The position numbers were made by a program, and so were the translations under genes. The notes under the pieces were generated by a model, which worked only from the letters and a program-made list of their open reading frames with translations, was not told the DNA's origin and ran no database searches. Positions 10,552-21,722 of a stretch of 64,000 nucleotides of DNA are shown in pieces. This stretch comes from Eukaryota sp. TZLM1-RC (Eukaryota > Protista > Metamonada: BaSk clade). Position 1 is the stretch's first letter. Every line of letters begins with the position of its first letter. Where the stretch lies: assembly GCA_040285825.1 (NCBI GenBank), contig JAUPSS010000004.1:1902550-1966549 (forward strand), in the 5' to 3' direction.

Positions 10552-12045
10552 TCAACTACTAATCCACTTTGCCACAACTCCTAATGACGGCAGAGGTTTA
10601 TCAAACTGAGTTAAAGTATTGGATAGTAATGATTCAAAGTTTGGAAGTACTTCCTTAGCAATCGATTTAGTAAACATCGAACTACCAGAATCTTTGGAGA
10701 TAAAATCAATAATTGAAGAACAGCATCGAGAAATCAAACTAGGAAAATTACAAATAGCCGACAAGGCCAAAACAACTAAAGGTACTATGACAAGAATTTT
10801 CAAAACAAAACTACTGGAGCAACTATTCCAAACAGAGTCAAAATGATCTAAATAACAATTAAAGACAGACCAAACTTTTTCAACAACAAGTTTACTCCTG
10901 AAAGCTTTGAAATTAATACTAAAGACATTTAATTCATCCTCAATTGAATAAGCCTTCACCTTACCATCCACTTCTTCTATCATTGGTAATGGTAAACAAA
11001 TAGAGGAAAAGAGTAGAGAAAAATATTTACTCAATGGGTCAAGAGCATCTTTGTTATTGATTACTCGGAAAAATTCAATAACAACATTGGGAAGTTTTAT
11101 AAAAGGATTCCAATTAAGTTTAATCAATTCTAAACTAAATAAAGGAGAGACAATCTCGGTAAACAACAATGTTAAATGTTCAATTTCGTGACCAAATTGC
11201 TGACTGGAGCGAACAGTTTCGATAAAAGAATTCAATAGATTATTAAAACCAATAATACTATCATCTAAATCTGAAGTTAATTCATTTGCTTTGGTAGAAC
11301 ATTTAAATTGAGTAGAGTCTTTAAAACTAGTTCCGAGTGATTGGAATTTCTGTAAAATTAATAAATTTTCTAGAGCATTGGAAGATATTTCATTTAAACA
11401 ATGACGATATTGCCTCCTGTTATTGACAATGAATTTCAGCAGATCTAAATAATACTCATTGAAGCAATAATTAACCAAGGCACTTCTTTTATAATTGAAA
11501 GCAATTAATCTTTTGAATTGTAATAATAACTTCTGTGATTGTGTAAATAAATCTTCAAGCACGGAGTATTTGACTTCGAGTTGGGAAAGTAATTGACATA
11601 GTTTGTCCTCGTCGTTAGAATCAAAAGAAGTTTGGGCTTCTGAATTTGCATTGATAATATATTCATTTCGAATATTCAACAACTTCCCCTTCACTTCTTC
11701 AATGGACTGCGGAAATTGTTGAGCAGTGGTTGGCATTGGTGGTTTCTCTGGCTGTTCAATAGCAAACTCTTCCCCTATGACATCATCTGATTGATTCATG
11801 GGATCTAGAGTTGTAAATGAACGATCGGAGCTGTTTTGAAGGGTCTCCAAAAAATCCTCGTCAACAACAAAAGTTTCTTCAGTAGTTTGAACATCATGAA
11901 ATTGTTTGCTAACTTCAGGTAGTGGAGAAGAAGGTGGAGAAAGAGGTTGAGTGTGAAATGTGAATAAGGAAGAAGGTACAGAAAGTGCTGGCTTGATGGA
12001 GGAAACCTTTCGCTTCCTACGACCAAAAGATACTTCCCGAGACAT
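10552..12045 (-). CDS. Hypothetical 497-aa protein, possibly GCFC-domain (PAXBP1/GCFC2-like)
   Basis: Long ORF; basic NLS-like start, coiled coil, SPLFSLELIKLNWNPF resembling a GCFC motif; function call is weak. Confidence 0.55.
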   Translation of the reverse strand: MSREVSFGRRKRKVSSIKPALSVPSSLFTFHTQPLSPPSSPLPEVSKQFHDVQTTEETFVVDEDFLETLQNSSDRSFTTLDPMNQSDDVIGEEFAIEQPEKPPMPTTAQQFPQSIEEVKGKLLNIRNEYIINANSEAQTSFDSNDEDKLCQLLSQLEVKYSVLEDLFTQSQKLLLQFKRLIAFNYKRSALVNYCFNEYYLDLLKFIVNNRRQYRHCLNEISSNALENLLILQKFQSLGTSFKDSTQFKCSTKANELTSDLDDSIIGFNNLLNSFIETVRSSQQFGHEIEHLTLLFTEIVSPLFSLELIKLNWNPFIKLPNVVIEFFRVINNKDALDPLSKYFSLLFSSICLPLPMIEEVDGKVKAYSIEDELNVFSINFKAFRSKLVVEKVWSVFNCYLDHFDSVWNSCSSSFVLKILVIVPLVVLALSAICNFPSLISRCCSSIIDFISKDSGSSMFTKSIAKEVLPNFESLLSNTLTQFDKPLPSLGVVAKWISS

Positions 12046-12169
12046 CGGCTAGCAGCACAAAAATGTCAAGTTGCAACCCGTTGAGATTACTGGAAAGTTA
12101 AGATGAAATGAATCAAGTTGATCTTTTCATTTCCTTTCAGATACTGATCAACATGAATCATATTAAGGA

Positions 12170-12650
12170 CAGCATAGACACTTCTTACAAGTGAGTAATC
12201 TATTTTTAAGGACCGTTGCACTTTTACCTGTACGGTCGTGGGTTAAATACTTGATGTTTCTTAATCTTTTGACAACGAACATTCTTTGTAGGTGCATGAT
12301 GTTTAAAATTGGTTTGCTTCCGATCACCCATCACTACAATGTTATATTCTGGACCTCCAAACTTGCTTTCAAATTCATTCATCCATCTTGCCTCAAACCT
12401 CTCTGTGACCATGAATCTGCATACTTCTCGAGACTTTGTTGGGAGATTGGACAGACCAAATTCTAAATAGTCAATTGTTTTGGAGCGCACAAAAGTTCTC
12501 CAACAGTTTGTAATCCATAATTTCCACACTGTCAGCAATCCTAAATTCGTTAATGAAAGCTTTGCTGTTTTGTACAATTGTGAACAAAGCTTTGAAAATA
12601 ATGAATTTTTCTGAGCCATACTAATTAATGTCGACGCCAATTACTCCTTT
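12170..12650 (-). pseudogene. Fanzor family-3 C-terminal fragment
   Basis: VIGVDIN (RuvC-I, other frame, near 12625-12645), FESKFGGPEYNIVVMGD...HHAPTK, NPRPYR and LLTCKKC motifs as recalled from virus-associated Fanzor proteins; frameshifts and deletions. Confidence 0.7.
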
Positions 12651-13073
12651 CACTGTACAGATTCACCATCTCAAGTAGTGTAATTTTGATTAAATGTTTT
12701 TGTAATGCTGATCATGTTGAGATTACTGGTTAAGTAGCTCTGCCACTCAGTGGATTTCGTTGAAATTGAAATATGTTGTTTAAAATCAAATCAAATATTG
12801 TTTCAAGTCATTATCTACAGTAATTAACTCTGAATATGATAATAGTAATAAAGACTTGTTTATTAAATTTAATACTTAACATAAAACACTTGTAACAAAT
12901 TTTTTTAATGAATTTAATTAAACTGGTAACAAATATGAATAATTTATTGAAGTAGGATTTCCTCTACAGAATCTTTTGCGTTATTATCTCTTGGTCGCTT
13001 TTATAAAGGAAAACATTCAGTCAATCCTTCTTGGCTGATTTCGGAAAAAAGAAAAAATACAAGTTCTCTGTTT

Positions 13074-13820
13074 ATGTGGATGCTTTTTCGTTGTTTGCTG
13101 TGGCCAAACAATTTGCCCAATCATTTAACTTGTAAATGTGGTAAACCTCTTTTGTTTACTCATCTTTTGAACTGTAAACATTTCATTACATTTAGAAGCA
13201 AAGTGCATAATGACGTCAGGGACCACAATTATGTAATGTGCAAATCATATCGAGTAGATTCCTTTTTAGAGCCTTTGTTATCAAAATTAATTCTTGATGA
13301 TCCCAATATTGATAGTACCCGTTACAACAGAGCTTTTATGGGTCTGACAAGAGGTGATCTGGTTGTTCCCGGTTTAAATAATAGTTTTACTATTTTAGAC
13401 GCCATGTCTATTGACCCTTGTAATTCCTCTCACGAACATCTCATTAACTCGGATGTAAATAATCCTCTTCTTGCAGGCGAAAAATATAAAATTGCTAAAT
13501 ATGCGAAACCCATCTCCTCGATTAATGCAAATTCTCATGCTCAATATAATTTATGTCCCTTTGTTTTTTCTTTGCTTGGATCTTTGGGTAAGGCTGCTAT
13601 GACTTTCCTTAAGGATTTTGTTGTAGTTGTAAAGGAAAGAACTGGAAGAATTTTAATCGTGTTTACTGGCAAAACAGGATTGTATTTTCTATTTTTAAGG
13701 GAATGGTAAAACTGATTTCTTATTCACTGTCTTCTTTTGGGAAATTTTCTGAATCTTTGGCAATTAATTGTTTTGATGTAGGGGAGGGGGGCAGGTTTTG
13801 AGGATGTGGAGTTTTAATTG
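13074..13820 (+). mobile_element. 3' fragment of a second RLE non-LTR retrotransposon family (Zn motif plus restriction-like endonuclease)
   Basis: CKCG...HLLNC, RSKVHNDVRD, RGDL, DAMSID, EKYKIAKY, PFVFSLLGSLG. Confidence 0.8.
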
Positions 13821-13920
13821 TGTATTTTATCTTTTCATTTTTGTTGTTGAATAAAATATATAAATGTTGATCTGGTTATTATATCATATCATCTGCTTGT
13901 TTTCAATCTAAGTCTCTGGA

Positions 13921-14780
13921 ATGGAAATGAATCCAGCACCCACATATCCCATAGTCGCCGATGACCAAGACCCTCCTCAATTCCACGTTGATGAAGCAGG
14001 TCCTCTTGAATATGTTCTTATGTACTTTTTCTCTATCTTATTCTTCCCTATCACAATACTGGGTTCTTGGTACACTGTTGAAACTAATGAGGAAGTTGTC
14101 GTGCTCATCTTTGGTAAGCTACGCTGTGTTGCTAATGAAGGTCTTCAATTCCACAGTATTTTTGGCAGAAGGTAAGTCTTTCTCTCTCTCATCCCAGTAT
14201 TTTGAGAATCAGTAAACGTGTCTATAGTATTCGCCATACAAATATTGATGTCGTTGATTCCACTGGAGCCATGCTTGAGGTCTCTGCCGCTATCACGTAT
14301 CAGGTTGAGGATTCTGTTACCGCTTTACTAAACTTTGACGATGTTCATGACTACCTCAAGAACATTTCCCTGTGTGTTCTCCGCCGCATTGTCACTCAAT
14401 ATCCTTATATCTCCGAAACTGATGCGGAACCTTCTCTGAAAGGGGAGAATGCTCTCGTCTCTGCCAGAATGTGTGAACTTTTACAGGAGAAGTCTCAATT
14501 TGCTGGAATCAAAACCCTAACATTTGATCTCATTGATCTTCAATATGACCCAATTATAGCTTCAGCCATGCTTATCAAGCAACAAGCTCATGCCCTACTA
14601 GGTGCCCGCCAACTCATCGTGAAGGGTGCGGTTGATATTATTGTCAGTTCAATTAACAACCTCAAATCACAGGGAGTTGACTTTGATGAAGAAGATAAGA
14701 CCAAGCTGGTAGGGAACCTTCTCTCTGTTATCTGCAGTGATGTTGGTGTTACTCCTGTGCTAAATGTTGGTGTTAACTAG
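13921..14780 (+). CDS. SPFH/band-7 family membrane protein, two exons (13921-14171, 14198-14780)
   Basis: TM segment plus YTVETNEEVVVLIFGKL, VVDSTGAMLEVSAAITYQV and DLQYDPIIASAMLIKQQA; a 26-nt GTAAGT...CCCAG intron joins the two ORFs in frame (FGRSILRISK). Confidence 0.85.
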
Positions 14781-14851
14781 GTGATATATTGGTTATAAAT
14801 AAATTGTATAAAGTTTTTGGTTTATATTTACACTCAGCTGTTTGTGTTTGG

Positions 14852-15127
14852 TTATCCTTTGGCAAACTCTGGGTCCTCAAACACAAGGTTTCCGTCTTCA
14901 TTGACCTCAGCATATGTCAGTATAAGTAGGTCATCATTGTTGATGTCAAGATCGGAGACAGTTGAATCTAGATCCATCGCAGCTCCATCCTTGTATAATC
15001 GCATCTGATCAGGTGGAATGTTGGTTATGTGGGTAAGACGTTCTAAAACATGCATAAGGGTTTCATTGAATGCTACATTGAAGAAGATGGTGCGGTTTAA
15101 TCTTCGTATCCTGACATATAGTGACAT
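14852..15127 (-). CDS. ELOB: Elongin B-like ubiquitin-fold protein
   Basis: YVRIRRLNRTIFF...IPPDQMRLYKDG matches Elongin B pattern (IRRHKTTIF...PPDEQRLYKD). Confidence 0.7.
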   Translation of the reverse strand: MSLYVRIRRLNRTIFFNVAFNETLMHVLERLTHITNIPPDQMRLYKDGAAMDLDSTVSDLDINNDDLLILTYAEVNEDGNLVFEDPEFAKG

Positions 15128-15944
15128 AAAGTGTGAAAATGTTCTCTGATTGTTGGAATTTTATTTGCAGGAAACAATCCTTGCTTCTCACAAAATCCAT
15201 AGAACATGAGGCTGATTCATTGTGTTATTATGTCAATAATGCAGTAGCATTAAATTCAGATGGATTATCATCTGGAAGATTAATTTTACTTCCGGATTTT
15301 TATTTTCCGTCTTTGTAACAACAAATCCTTTTTTTCACAAATTCTAAAATTAAATTGACGAGTTTCAATGTTTCTAAAATCAGTTCTAATTTTAACAATA
15401 TTTTCAAACACTTCTAACATTAATTATTTTAATTAATAATTATAATTAAAAATTTTTCATTCATTTGTTTATTAAATTTGCAATTCAATAAATGATTCAG
15501 ATTGATAAGCTGACCACAACGACAAATCAAATCATTTGGCACACTGCATGGTCACAGAAAACACCTCATCCTTAGGGCAGTTGTCCATTGATGATCATTC
15601 AACAGTAAGCCATAAACATTTGGAATTTGAAAAAAATAAAACAACTTGAGCTACTTTTCTTAAGATCAATTGAGAAGATGGCAAAAAACGGGATTTTCTT
15701 CCTTAGCCAAGCTAAGACGTACAGTGAAAATCAAGTTTTCAAAAACTTTCAGTATTTTTTCTGCAATTTGGCGTATACAAATCTTAAAGAAATCAAACTT
15801 CTGGGTGGAATTTCTTAAATATCGCTAGGAAAGCATTTGGACCATATTTGAAGAGAGAAGGATCCGATTTCGTTCTGCAAAGACACCAAATTAGCACTAA
15901 CACAACATTCTATTAAATGTTGGTATTCAGGAAAACGTTAATAA

Positions 15945-16851
15945 CGTTTAATAATATTTGCAGCTCGGCTGTTTTAAATCAAGATCTTCACTCATTGTTA
16001 TTGGAAAAGGGTGTTTGTGAAAACAAGGCGTCAGATTCTTCACTTTTTGTAACCATTGTACCACGAAGATTTGGATTGTGTGCCACTAATGAAGCATTTG
16101 TAACAAAAATGAGATTATATTTGAACATCCCCATTAACCAATTATTATCAAAAGAAAAATGTATTTGTTCGAATTCACCTCAACTCACTTTGCGCCATGC
16201 TCTAAATTGCTCTAAATTGATAACTTATCGTTCTTCATTACATGATGCTGTTAGAGACACTGTTTTCAATATGGCACAAACTGCAAGGATATCGTGTATC
16301 AAAGAGCCCCTGCTGAAGGAAACACTTTCTCTGAATAATTTTGGTTCTGATGATAGAGGTGATGAATACTGTGATTGGATTGATAATTCTGAAGCTATTG
16401 TTGACTTTGTCTCATGTAATGTTGCAAACGATACTTTGGTTCACAGAAGTAAACTTAATCCTGTGGCTGCTCTGGATTTTAAAGCAAAAGAAAAACACAG
16501 AAAATATGATAAAGAAATTGAAGATGCAAATGTCGATAGAAATACACAGCTGGTTTTTATTGCTTTTCCATTTTCGATAAATGGAAGATTATCAATTGAA
16601 GCAGAAACTTTTTTGGATGACTTCCAAAAAATGGTGAAAGAAAAAACAATGAAAAGATTTGATATTTTTTTATGGCGATCACGGATTCAATTTGCCATTA
16701 TTAATAGATTACCGCGGTTTTTCAATCGAATTAGAGAAGCTTTAGCTAGACAGCAAGCAAATCAAGATTTTGTAGAGGAAATCTTGGTTCAATGATAGTC
16801 GTCCCATTGGTTATGAGTTAATTTAATTAAGTGTGCAAATTCAATAAATAC
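15945..16851 (+). mobile_element. 5'-truncated RLE non-LTR retrotransposon (Zn motif, RLE, 3'UTR)
   Basis: CICS...HALNC, HDAVRD, RGD, AIVDF, KEKHRKY, PFSINGRL; shared 3'UTR with 6476-6532. Confidence 0.85.
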
Positions 16852-17140
16852 GATATCTGGAAAACGTTTCAAAAAATCAAAAATGAAATTTTTGCCTCCA
16901 CCAACAAACGCAGCTTCACACAAATAATTTGATTTGTGGAAATCTAAGCCTCCCAATTCTGTGCTACAAAAAATATGACTACGTAAATAAGAAGAATCAA
17001 TATCAAGCAAATTAGCCAAAAACTTTGTTCTTAATTCGTTAAAAATTCTGCAAAATTCAAGAGATATTGACAGTGTGGTTGAACGCAGGACATGAGAAAA
17101 TTTACCTGAATAACAAATCCTGAGAAAGAAGAACACTTAT
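16852..17140 (-). mobile_element. Inverted RT-thumb fragment of a related non-LTR family
   Basis: LRICYSGKFSHVLRS...FNELRTKFLANLL...GGLDF...AFVGG is homologous to 3255-4256. Confidence 0.75.
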
Positions 17141-17627
17141 ATTTTATTTCTATTTTATTATTCAACACCTGATGAATAGTTATTCTTTCTAATTACAGGA
17201 CTGTTCACAAGAATGTGGCTCCTGCAGTATTTCTTTCAGGCAAAAGCATGATCATTGGATTTTTCCTCAAATAACCATTGTTGTATAGGAAATTCAGCTA
17301 TCCACAGATATTGAATGATCGATCTCAAACCGGCAGGTGGCAGAAGAAAATTTAAATAGTGAGTAATTTTCAAATCTCTAAGATCTAGAAGTTTATGTAT
17401 TTATTGTGACTTTGAACAGTTAGCAGTGAAATGACGCACTAAAATATACTATAATCATGATTTTATTTTGAAATGCAGAACGAAATAGAAAGCAAAATAG
17501 AATCAATCAACAAAATATCAGTCAAAGTTAATTAAATAAAAGCTGAAAGATGGTGATAAATGATTGCTAATACACGAGAAGTCACAGAGAATAAAAACAA
17601 GTAAAGTACCAAAAACAATACAAACCG

Positions 17628-20081
17628 TTAACCCAAACAATCCCAATTTGCAACTGATTCAACTGCAAAAGGGTCTTGATCACAGCTGTCAAAAACATTA
17701 CTGAAAAAAGAATTTGCTCTCGATTTGGTGAAAGACATACTTGGATTTTTATTAAATATAGAGGTCAGGACATCTGCTTTAAAAGGCACTGGATTCATCA
17801 GTTTGACTGAGTCCTGAATTAAAGAAACTTTTATAATTTTATCCAACTCATTGATAATTGCCAAAGAAGGACTAGAATTGACTTCTAGAATAAAAGGGCT
17901 GAGATCAGATGTCAACAAAATGTCATAACCAAAAATTTCAAAGCATTTCGAAGGAGGAAATGTACTCAACCTTTTTTGGTAGCCATTGAGACATTTTTTT
18001 GACTTTAATATTGACTTCTTGATTTTTTGCCAAATTTCAACTTCAAAATCAATATCATTTTCCCTGCAATACCTTCTAAATGCTGATAAGGAACATTTGT
18101 TTGACTTGGCCAATTCACTTTCAGAGCACAGATCATCCTTTATTGGAGGTTTGATCATGTTTAAAAAGGGATTATTATGACTGCATTGAATAGAAGAATT
18201 CGTTAGATGAATGAAGTGGTTATCAAGATCCTTGGCTGAAATACTATAATCAAGACAGCAAAATCGGCAGAAACCTTGATTGTATAAATAAATTTTAAAA
18301 GGACACGCAGTAACTAAAACATAAAGTCTTAAATCAAATTTTCGAGAAGAGATCAGAAATGGATCATGAATGTATTTTTGAATTGTAATTGGTGACGTAA
18401 CATTAAACGAGAGATCCTTATTTGATTGATCAAGACAAATAATTTTAAGATTTCTTCCTCTTGAAGAACAATTTGTTTTAATAATCCAAAAAGATCCCTC
18501 TTCCTCACAATTGTTGGATTGAATATAATCATTGAATAACGTAAACTGGTTTGGCATTTCAAACGTTAATGGTATTAAATTGCAAGTATTATTGGTCTGT
18601 AAAAGTCTGCTCAAAGAGTCTTTGGAGGTCAAGGGAAAAGAGATTGGTAATTTTGAAATGGTCTGAAATCTGAAAAAATATCTGAAATTATAGACATCAG
18701 ACGGATTAAATGACTTGAAAGGAAAAACATTGCTGAATTTAGGTTTCCCATAAAGAAAAACAACAGAAAAACGAGCCCAAAAAGACAAGAAATTAATGTC
18801 ATGTACAGTACCTTCATCATCATCCGAATCAAAACACTTGAACTTGGGAACTTCATTATTTAATTCATCAAATAAGATTGGACTAGTTACGTTAGATAGA
18901 CCCATAACTATAGTACTTAAAGATTCCTCAGTAAAAGAAGAAGCAAATGACCGAATTTTAACTGAATCCTTCTTAGGGAACTGCAAAGTAAAAGAAAAGT
19001 CATTTAAATTCTTTGTAGGTCTAATGAAAATGGAAGAAATTGAAGGAAAATAGGAGAAATAATCAAACTGATGAGCATTTGATTGAGAAACTGATTGAAA
19101 CTCATCATCAGAATAACAGTTTTCATCAGAACCCGCATCTTTTTGAACTTTTCCATCAGAATCCGATTGACTTTCATTATCCTGAGAAGTTTCTGAATAA
19201 TGACCGTCTAAACAAGGTTCAAAATCTGCATCTTTTTGAACTTTTCCATCAGAATCCGATTGACTTTCATTATCCTGAGAAGTTTCTGAATAATGACCGT
19301 CTAAACAAGGTTCAAAATCTGCATCTTTTTGAACTTTTCCATCAGAATCCGATTGACTTTCATTATCCTGAAAAATTTCTGAATAATGACCGTCTAAACA
19401 AGGTTCAAAATCTGCATCTTTTTGAACTTTTCCATCAGAATCATCTTGAACCGGCAAACCTGAAATATCATTGAGAAATAAATCTTGAAACTCAAAATCA
19501 CCATCTGAGTCCACATGGAGGTCAATAATATCAACATTTTTGGTCCTTTCTGATTCGGACACGGATAAAAAATCACTTTCCTCCTCAGAAAAATCAAAAA
19601 CCATTGAATTACTTGGTACCAAGTCATGATCCCTAGAACTTTTAATAAATGCACTACTCAATGATACACTTTCGGCTGCACCTTCGGCAGACAACAGAAG
19701 CGTGGGATAATGTGGATCTCTAACAACTTTGGTTGGGGTGCTTGAGGAGGATGAGGAGATAGTTGGCTTTGATGGTTTAGTTTTCTTCTTCCTAATTGGA
19801 ACTTTGGGTAATGAAGGTTTTGGTTTCTTTGCAACAGTGAGGTTGCTTTGGGCAGTGATGGGACGCAATGGTTGTTCTCTTGATGAGTGATTTGAACGAC
19901 TTGTTGTTTTTCTTGTGGCTTTTTTGGATGTGGTAAGGGTTGTATTTGAAGTGGAACAAGGTTTATGTTTAAAGACAGCAGAACGGACAGCCGAATACCG
20001 CAAGGATGACAACAAGCCTGAGGGTATCATTTGAGGGACATTGGTGGATTGTTTGTTGATGACAGATTCAAAACAATTCAT
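17628..20081 (-). CDS. Tubulin-tyrosine ligase-like (TTLL) polyglutamylase
   Basis: WIIKTNCSSRGR, IQKYIHDPFLI, RKFDLRLYVLVT, HLTNSSIQ, CFEIFGYDILL, LEVNSSPSL. Confidence 0.92.
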   Translation of the reverse strand: MNCFESVINKQSTNVPQMIPSGLLSSLRYSAVRSAVFKHKPCSTSNTTLTTSKKATRKTTSRSNHSSREQPLRPITAQSNLTVAKKPKPSLPKVPIRKKKTKPSKPTISSSSSSTPTKVVRDPHYPTLLLSAEGAAESVSLSSAFIKSSRDHDLVPSNSMVFDFSEEESDFLSVSESERTKNVDIIDLHVDSDGDFEFQDLFLNDISGLPVQDDSDGKVQKDADFEPCLDGHYSEIFQDNESQSDSDGKVQKDADFEPCLDGHYSETSQDNESQSDSDGKVQKDADFEPCLDGHYSETSQDNESQSDSDGKVQKDAGSDENCYSDDEFQSVSQSNAHQFDYFSYFPSISSIFIRPTKNLNDFSFTLQFPKKDSVKIRSFASSFTEESLSTIVMGLSNVTSPILFDELNNEVPKFKCFDSDDDEGTVHDINFLSFWARFSVVFLYGKPKFSNVFPFKSFNPSDVYNFRYFFRFQTISKLPISFPLTSKDSLSRLLQTNNTCNLIPLTFEMPNQFTLFNDYIQSNNCEEEGSFWIIKTNCSSRGRNLKIICLDQSNKDLSFNVTSPITIQKYIHDPFLISSRKFDLRLYVLVTACPFKIYLYNQGFCRFCCLDYSISAKDLDNHFIHLTNSSIQCSHNNPFLNMIKPPIKDDLCSESELAKSNKCSLSAFRRYCRENDIDFEVEIWQKIKKSILKSKKCLNGYQKRLSTFPPSKCFEIFGYDILLTSDLSPFILEVNSSPSLAIINELDKIIKVSLIQDSVKLMNPVPFKADVLTSIFNKNPSMSFTKSRANSFFSNVFDSCDQDPFAVESVANWDCLG
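19135..19442. repeat. 93-bp coding tandem repeat (about 3.3 copies) inside the TTLL gene
   Basis: Unit starts at 19135, 19228, 19321 and 19414; encodes DSDGKVQKDADFEPCLDGHYSETSQDNESQS. Confidence 0.95.
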
Positions 20082-20244
20082 TTCTCAAACCTGATTTATC
20101 CATCTGTCACAAAAGGACTTCTCAATTTTGAGAAAACAGTGAAAAAGATTTTCTTTATCCTACAATAATCTCATCATGAATAACAATTTATTCTTTTATA
20201 TATAATATATTAATTTAATAAAGTTAAAAGAAAAACTAAAAAGA

Positions 20245-21651
20245 CTATGCATTTTTCCGGCAACGTACTCTCTCCTCCAATTCATCATTTAAATTTTGGA
20301 AATCTTCTTGTACATATCCTGAAAAAAATCTATCTACACTAGAAAGTTCCTTGAATTCACTTGAATAATAAGGATTCAAATGTTTCTTGGCCAAAGAAGT
20401 TGAATAAAATGCAGTTTCAACTATAATGATAGTGGCATTCAAAACTGTATAAGTAAAAAGACTGATGAATGTGTAAAAGAACAGCCTGCTCAAAAAAGGA
20501 GCGGAAGAATAGGTAGCATCAAAGTAATCCGCCACTTGATCACCATTCAAGGCTGCAAACAAAGTGACAGCCGTCTGCCCTACACTGCCAAACAAAAAGG
20601 GTGCCGAAGATCTAAAGTAAAGATAACCAAAGAAGGTATAGGCAAAGTAGATAGGGGACATGGAGAATAACCATTTGGCAACATTGGGAAGAGATCCCTT
20701 GAGTGCTGTGATCAGTAAGTAAAGACGATCGGAAAAGGAAAAGTAAGAAGGAAGAGTGACAAAACGAAGTAGAGTACCTGTGCCGATGACAAGATCCAAA
20801 CGGGATAGAACAAAGGAGGGGAAGATTAGAGACAACGAAGCAAGAATAAGCAAGACATCAGATAGAAATGATCCCAAGAACCAACAAAGCTCTGAGTTAG
20901 AGAAGGAAGGTGACTTTGAGAGGAGAAAGGAAGAGGCTGAGGTTATTTGCCGCACTCTACTACCAAAATTAACTAAAACTAAAAGGCTAGATAAAACACC
21001 ACTTATAATAATATTCAAGTTTAAAAAGAGAGAGACCTCAGCCATTTCCTGTCTGGAGGGGTAAGAAAATTCAATGAAATAGGTGATGGTTCCGCTTCCT
21101 TGAATTAGTTTGAACTCATGCAGAATTTTCCAATGTGAAGTTTTACCTGGAATTTTGTGATCTATCTGCATTTGAATAAAAAGAGATTTGCTTGACTGTA
21201 AGGCACATAATAAATTTTCCTCAGAAGCAAACACCTCAGGAATCAATGTATCAGGGGAAAGTGAATAGTTTCTACTTAAATCATTTTTGCTTATTGTACA
21301 TGAAGAAGGGATGACAAAAGATCCAGAGCGTCGTGGCTTGAAGAAGAGCAGGGGGTAAGGATCACTGGAACTGGAAAGGTGAAAACTACCAAGAGAAGAG
21401 TCTGGTATAGACTGGAATTGAGTGGATAGTAACTTTATTTGTTCCAGTATATCATCAATAGAGTGGTAATAAAGTAAACGTTCCTTGGTGTCCATTAATT
21501 CATCAGGGTCTTCCAAAAAATAGGAGTTTAAACTATCTTTGATCTCTCCCACAAAGTGAGAAGCATCTGTTACATGGGTGACAATAAGGACAAGAGACGA
21601 TGCAGCCAAAAGAAGGTGAAGGACAACCTGGGCCCGCTTCATGCATGACAT
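20245..21651 (-). CDS. Mucolipin/TRPML-like cation channel
   Basis: Multiple TM helices; pore LFAALNGD and S6 SRLFFYTFISLFTYTVLN resemble TRPML. Confidence 0.8.
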   Translation of the reverse strand: MSCMKRAQVVLHLLLAASSLVLIVTHVTDASHFVGEIKDSLNSYFLEDPDELMDTKERLLYYHSIDDILEQIKLLSTQFQSIPDSSLGSFHLSSSSDPYPLLFFKPRRSGSFVIPSSCTISKNDLSRNYSLSPDTLIPEVFASEENLLCALQSSKSLFIQMQIDHKIPGKTSHWKILHEFKLIQGSGTITYFIEFSYPSRQEMAEVSLFLNLNIIISGVLSSLLVLVNFGSRVRQITSASSFLLSKSPSFSNSELCWFLGSFLSDVLLILASLSLIFPSFVLSRLDLVIGTGTLLRFVTLPSYFSFSDRLYLLITALKGSLPNVAKWLFSMSPIYFAYTFFGYLYFRSSAPFLFGSVGQTAVTLFAALNGDQVADYFDATYSSAPFLSRLFFYTFISLFTYTVLNATIIIVETAFYSTSLAKKHLNPYYSSEFKELSSVDRFFSGYVQEDFQNLNDELEERVRCRKNA

Positions 21652-21722
21652 TGTTCAATATGTTGCTTGTGAAATGATGATAATGTTGTGTTAAAGATGA
21701 GATTGAGATTTGCGATTAAATA

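Noticed and set aside
19135-19442. CRISPR-like array
   Set aside because: Units are contiguous with no unique spacers and are in frame within a CDS
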